Positions 59,991-64,000 of a DNA stretch of 64,000 nt are shown here, piece by piece. Source of the stretch: Candidatus Aminicenantes bacterium. GTDB taxonomy: Bacteria > Acidobacteriota > Aminicenantia > Aminicenantales > UBA4085. Under the pieces are notes generated by a model that saw nothing but the letters and a program-made list of their open reading frames with translations, did no database searches and was not told the DNA's origin. The stretch is taken from the NCBI GenBank assembly GCA_963803915.1, contig CAWDOL010000010.1:15763-79762 (forward strand). Direction: 5' to 3'. Position 1 is the stretch's first letter, and every line of letters begins with the position of its first letter. The position numbers and the translations under genes are program-made.

Positions 59991-60708
59991 TCAGAACAGG
60001 GTTTCGATCTCGTTCAGATAATGGAGGATGGATCGGTTGACGGCGTCGATCTGGGTGTACAGGTCCTGCAGGTCGGGCTGCGGCGGCCGTTCCTCGTCGG
60101 CCAGGCGAACCCAGGGCCTCGAGCCGGACCTTCTTCTCGAACTCCAGGTGGGCCACGGCGGCCTGGTCGGTCCCCACCTTCCGCTCCAGGACCCGGATTT
60201 CGCGCCGTATCTGGCGCTCTTTCTCCTTGATCTGGTGCAGCTCGCGCGGGTCGGCCGGCTGGCCGGCTTCTTTCAGCTTGGCCAGGCTCCGGGTCCGGCC
60301 GCGCGACTCCTCGAGCTGTCGGCGCAGCTCCTGGACCCTGGCCAAGGCCTCCTTCAGGCCGGACTGCCGCCGCAGGCGCTGCTCCTCCCATGCGTCGATC
60401 TCGTTCAATAGGGTGGCCGTCTTGGGGATGGGCAGGCGGGCCGACCAGCACAGCCGGCCGAGCTCGTGCAGCAGGCTGGAACGCTTCCGCTTGGCCTTGT
60501 TCAGGCGCATCTGGAGGCGCGTCCGCTGCATCCGCCGCTTGGCCCCGGACAGGAAGAAGTCCAGGCGGTGACGCAGATCCTTGTCGCGCAGGAAGATAAA
60601 GGCCACGAGCAGCAGGATGACGCAGAGAAGCAGCCAGAGCGTCCAGTAGGGGAGTCCCTGGGAGGGGATTTCCTCTACGGCTTGCAGGCTCCAGGCGGCG
60701 GTGTTCAT
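59991..60708 (-). CDS. membrane-anchored coiled-coil protein, function unknown; one +1 frame change near 60110
   Basis: One TM (YWTLWLLLCVILLLVAFIFL), then heptad-rich Arg/Glu/Leu sequence. After the shift the tail reads RLADEERPPQPDLQDLYTQIDAVNRSILHYLNEIETLF* (stop 59991). This removes the otherwise 60-nt overlap with queH. Confidence 0.55.
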
Positions 60709-60761
60709 GGCGGTTTTGACTAGGGATACTTATTCCACTTAGGCGGACTTGTCAAACGCGG

Positions 60762-62042
60762 TCAGCGGATTCGAGGCTTGGGGCGGTCCACGATCCGGCT
60801 GTCTCCCCGGATGTCGGGTCGGTCCGCAACCGGGGCGCGAGCCCGGACGGTCCGGCGGGCGAGCTCCAGGATGGCGGGGAGGTTCTCCCTGAAAATGCCG
60901 TCGATGTCCTCTTCCGCATTGATGAATCCCCCGTGCACGAGGTCCACGGGCGGAAGCTCAACGGTGTAGGCGGGAACACCGAGCTCGGCGTAGGCCCAGT
61001 CCGCGGCGTCGCCGTTGGAGAGGTAGAGATCCTCCCCGGACTGGCCGACGGCATAGGCCCTGCCCCCGACGGCGGCCATGATCTCCGCCATGTCCCGTCC
61101 CCAGGCGTCGAGGACCGGCTGAAGAGGCGCCGGTGCCGCGGTAAAGGCCCAGGGATAAAGGATAAGCTGCCCAAAGCTGTGGTAAGAGACGACGGCATCG
61201 AAGCCGCGGCCGAGGACCAGATTCCGCAGGGCGGCCGTCTCCGGTTCCGAGAAGGCCGACCGGCCGCGGAAGACGCCGCTCGCGGGGTTGGGGCTCGAGC
61301 CGACATCGTCGAGGCCCCAGGCTTGGCTGTAGTTGCGGTTCAGGTCGACGCCGAAGCTCCCGTCCCCGTTGTCGCGGCGGTTCTTTCTCCAATAGCGGTA
61401 GGTCCCGATGGAGTACTCCAGGCCGTCCGGATTGAGGAGAGGCACGATCCAGAGCTCGCTCCCGTCGACGATCTCTCGGACGGCAGGATCGGAGTCGTAG
61501 GTCTCCAGTATGCGTCCGGCGATAAGCAGGGGCACCTCCACCGAGATCCACTCCCGGGCGTGATGGCAGCCGACGAGGAGAAGGCCGGCCTCCTCCTCCG
61601 CCAGTCCGGGGTTGTCGCTGATCTTCAAGGCCAGGATGCGGCGGTTTTCCAGGCTGAGGCCGATCGTGGTCAGGCGGGCCAGCTCGGGGAAGCGGGCGGC
61701 GAGATCAGCCAGCGCCGTCTCCAGCTCGCGGTAGGAATGGTAGGCGCCGTTGGGGCCCCCCATGGCATCGGAGGCATCCTGAAGGGGGGCGGGGAAGAGC
61801 CCCATTGGTTCGGCGGCAGCAATCCCGGCCGCGGCCAGGCGCGACCAGGCGCCCCTATCGGCATCGATATAAAGGGAGCCTTCCCACACCGCGAGGACGT
61901 CCAGGTCGAGCTTGCGCAGCGTCTCCTGAAGTCCCGGCCGGATCGGAATCCCGAGGACCCGGCTTTGGCCGCCGGGATCGGCGGCGGGGACCAGAGAGGA
62001 GGCGGCGAAGAGGGCCAGAGCGAGGAGAGGCTTGCATCGCAT
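60762..62042 (-). CDS. secreted M14-family zinc carboxypeptidase
   Basis: 426 aa; signal peptide, then GCHHAREWIS (HxxE Zn ligands), NPDGLEYS, WRKNRR, and DLNRNY blocks. Confidence 0.88.
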   Translation of the reverse strand: MRCKPLLALALFAASSLVPAADPGGQSRVLGIPIRPGLQETLRKLDLDVLAVWEGSLYIDADRGAWSRLAAAGIAAAEPMGLFPAPLQDASDAMGGPNGAYHSYRELETALADLAARFPELARLTTIGLSLENRRILALKISDNPGLAEEEAGLLLVGCHHAREWISVEVPLLIAGRILETYDSDPAVREIVDGSELWIVPLLNPDGLEYSIGTYRYWRKNRRDNGDGSFGVDLNRNYSQAWGLDDVGSSPNPASGVFRGRSAFSEPETAALRNLVLGRGFDAVVSYHSFGQLILYPWAFTAAPAPLQPVLDAWGRDMAEIMAAVGGRAYAVGQSGEDLYLSNGDAADWAYAELGVPAYTVELPPVDLVHGGFINAEEDIDGIFRENLPAILELARRTVRARAPVADRPDIRGDSRIVDRPKPRIR

Positions 62043-62051
62043 GGCGTAACC

Positions 62052-63289
62052 TCAGAGGCGGGCTGATAGCCCCATGGCGACTTTCCGGACCGTCAGCCCC
62101 GCGCCGCTCCCTTTCTCCCGGCCCGCCAGCACGCCCAGGTCGAGGCGGAGTCCTTTCCATTCGAGACCCGTCCCGAGCGAAAGGTCGATGTAGGCCGAGC
62201 GGGGTTCGCGCATGGGCTGGGGATCATAGACCAGGCCGACCCGCAGGGGATAGCCGAGCTCGAGGCCGAACAAGCGCATGCGGGACAGGTATTCCGCCCC
62301 CGCCGTCAATCGGACCACGTCGCGGAAGCCGCGCTCCAGCGCCTCGCCATACAGGCTTGGGGAATAGCCCGACCAGTCGAACCAGACCGCGTCCGCGGCT
62401 AGAGTCAGGCCCGGCAGGGGTCGAAAAGACGAGCCTAAACCCAGGATCCATGGTTGGCCGAGTGGCGTCGTCCCATTCGCCCTCCTCGACGATGCCGCCC
62501 GGGATCTCGGCGGAACGGAATTCGACCCGGGCCCGGCTGGTCCCTTTTCTCGTCCAGGCCGGCCGGAGGGAGGCACCGATCCTCCAGCCCGGAGAGACAT
62601 CCCAGGCCAATCCGGCCTGCGGAACCCACCCCGCGAAGGTCCTCTCCCGGTCATCGATGATCCTGAAGTCGCCCCAATCCTCGTCGTAGCCACGGCGCAT
62701 CCCTCCCCAGAGGGCGTGGACGGAAAGCCCCAGGCTCAGCCGGCTCCCGATCCGGCGGGCGGCCGCCAAAGTCGCGGCCCAAAGCCGCCCTTCCTGGGTG
62801 ACGTCGAGCCCATAGACCAGGAGGCCATGAGAGGTGTTTTCGATCGTGGCCCGGGGCCGGGCATAGCACTCCCAGGTCCCGTACGCGGCGGCCAGTACCC
62901 AGGCCCCCCAACGAAAGGATGCCGCCCCGGCGTCGAATGCGGGGGAGGAAACCGTCAGCGGGCCGTCCGATCGGATCGGACCCGTGTTGACCAGGGAGTA
63001 ACGAAAACAATCGACCACCTGGATCGATCCCCCCAGCGTCAGGGTGGGTCGGGTCAGGAAAACGAGAAGCGCAGGGTTGGACCAGGCGGCCGTCCCGTCC
63101 TCGACCCAGGCCAAGGAAACGGTCCCCCTGCCCAGACCGGCCGCCGTGACGCCGGGAAAGGTGTTCCAGGTGCGGAGGGGGGCCTCTTCCTCGTACTGTC
63201 CGATCTTGAGCTGGGCGGCGGCGGGGCCGGCCGCCCAAATGAGGAGGATCGACAGGCAGACCAAGCGGGGCGTTCGTGAGGCGGAGCAT
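62052..63289 (-). CDS. outer-membrane beta-barrel protein (family uncertain); two frame changes near 63265 and 62450
   Basis: MLRLTNAP- (ATG 63289) joins -RLVCLSILLIWAAGPAAAQ (ORF 62224..63264). The C-terminal strands are in ORF 62052..62693, with alternating aromatic/hydrophobic beta-strand pattern (...GYPLRVGLVYDPQP...GLEWKGLRLDLGV...). Confidence 0.6.
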
Positions 63290-63314
63290 GGTACGGCGAT
63301 TGTATCGCCGTACC
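63290..63314 (-). other. perfect 11-bp hairpin (GGTACGGCGAT-ACA-ATCGCCGTACC on the minus strand) abutting the putative OMP start codon
   Basis: Read directly from the sequence. No U-tract. It sits between the tlpA-like stop (63347) and ATG 63289. Confidence 0.4.
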
Positions 63315-63346
63315 CTCCGCGTATGCAAACCGCGCTTTGCCGGGGC

Positions 63347-63835
63347 CTAGACCTCGGCGGTGAGCTTGCGGAACCAGTCGTCCAGGGTCTTACGGTCCAG
63401 CAGGCCGACCTGTTTGTGGCGGATGCGGCCCTGCTTGTCGACGATGAAGGTGGTCGGGATATACTGGCCGGGGTCGAAAGCCCGGATGGTCTTGGCGTCG
63501 GCCAGGACGACGGGATAGGCCATCTTATTCTTGACGGCGAAGGCCTTGATCTCGGCCGGGGTGAGCTGGTCGACCGAGAAGCCGATGATCTCCAGGCCTT
63601 TGGCTTTGTTGGCTTCGTAGAAGGCCACGAAGTCGGGGATCTCCTCGCGGCAGGGCGGGCACCAGGTGGCCCAGAAGTTGATGACCACGATCTTGCCCTT
63701 GAGGGTGGCCGAGTCGACGACCTTGCCCGTGACGTCCTTGGCCGAGAACGCCGGCGACGGGGGATAGGCCGACTGGGCGCCCAAGGAGACGATCGCCAGG
63801 AGGGCGAGGGTGAGGAAAAGCCTATGTCGCTTCAT
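63347..63835 (-). CDS. TlpA/ResA-like periplasmic thiol:disulfide oxidoreductase
   Basis: 162 aa; signal peptide and the WATWCPPC active site. AAGGAG RBS. Confidence 0.9.
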   Translation of the reverse strand: MKRHRLFLTLALLAIVSLGAQSAYPPSPAFSAKDVTGKVVDSATLKGKIVVINFWATWCPPCREEIPDFVAFYEANKAKGLEIIGFSVDQLTPAEIKAFAVKNKMAYPVVLADAKTIRAFDPGQYIPTTFIVDKQGRIRHKQVGLLDRKTLDDWFRKLTAEV

Positions 63836-63867
63836 GAGAGACTCCTTATATTCGAGTATCCTTATAT

Positions 63868-63895
63868 ATTATACGTGTTCTGTCGGAAAAAGCAA
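63868..63895 (-). promoter_or_regulatory. sigma70-like promoter TTGCTT-N16-TATAAT for the thioredoxin-like gene
   Basis: Minus-strand TTGCTT at 63895-63890 and TATAAT at 63873-63868, in an AT-rich spacer just after a terminator. Confidence 0.45.
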
Positions 63896-63910
63896 GTCGG
63901 CCGTCCGGTC

Positions 63911-63960
63911 TTAAAAAAAAAGCCGCCCTCACCCCGCCGTCGCGACGGGACGAGGACGGC
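63911..63960 (-). terminator. rho-independent terminator (GC-rich hairpin + U9) ending an unidentified minus-strand gene whose stop lies near 63984
   Basis: Minus strand reads GCCGTCCTCGTCCCGTCGCGACGGCGGGGTGAGGGCGGC followed by TTTTTTTTT. The outer stem is 8/9 paired. Confidence 0.7.
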
Positions 63961-64000
63961 TCGGGACAGCCGGTTCGCCGGGCTCAGCCCGCGAACTTCT

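Noticed and set aside
63961-64000. 3' end of a minus-strand gene (…KFAG* with stop near 63984).
   Set aside because: Only ~5 codons lie inside the window, so the gene cannot be identified. I mention it only in the terminator feature.

Overview
This is a high-GC (roughly mid-60s % by eye) bacterial chromosomal segment from a diderm organism (TonB/ExbBD, SecDF, beta-barrel OMP). I cannot assign a taxon. Most of the window is housekeeping: phoH with an HD-domain PgpH-like gene, hypCDE, uppS-cdsA-dxr-rseP-ispG, tgt-yajC-secDF-tonB-exbBD, lepB, recD2, queH and hypF.

The accessory or signalling content is:
- An RHH / alkaline-phosphatase-family / cysC / UDP-sugar epimerase / dehydrogenase operon (3.3-7.8 kb).
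- A cAMP module: CHASE2 cyclase, MBL hydrolase and a cNMP-gated MscS channel (32.3-36.9 kb).
- A lower-GC block next to tRNA-Arg(CCU) (37-44.5 kb). It holds two giant SBBP/FG-GAP repeat proteins that share a ~1.05-kb near-identical 3' cassette, plus a low-GC orphan gene.
- A kinase-less AAA_16-TPR-PAS-histidine kinase.
- A minus-strand string of an HprK-like P-loop protein, an unlisted RiPP-precursor-like mini-ORF, a Ser/Thr kinase and an FHA-adenylate cyclase (48.9-54 kb).
- A ~215-bp MITE-like intergenic repeat present twice, with compensatory stem changes between copies.

Major caveat: about 45 single-base frame changes, mostly +1 insertions, interrupt otherwise clean genes, including essential ones. 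They cluster in ~2-kb hot zones while >10-kb stretches are clean. I read this as local sequence or assembly error rather than biology, so every gene boundary inside a hot zone is provisional. Most long ORFs in the supplied track are high-GC antisense shadows and were not called.
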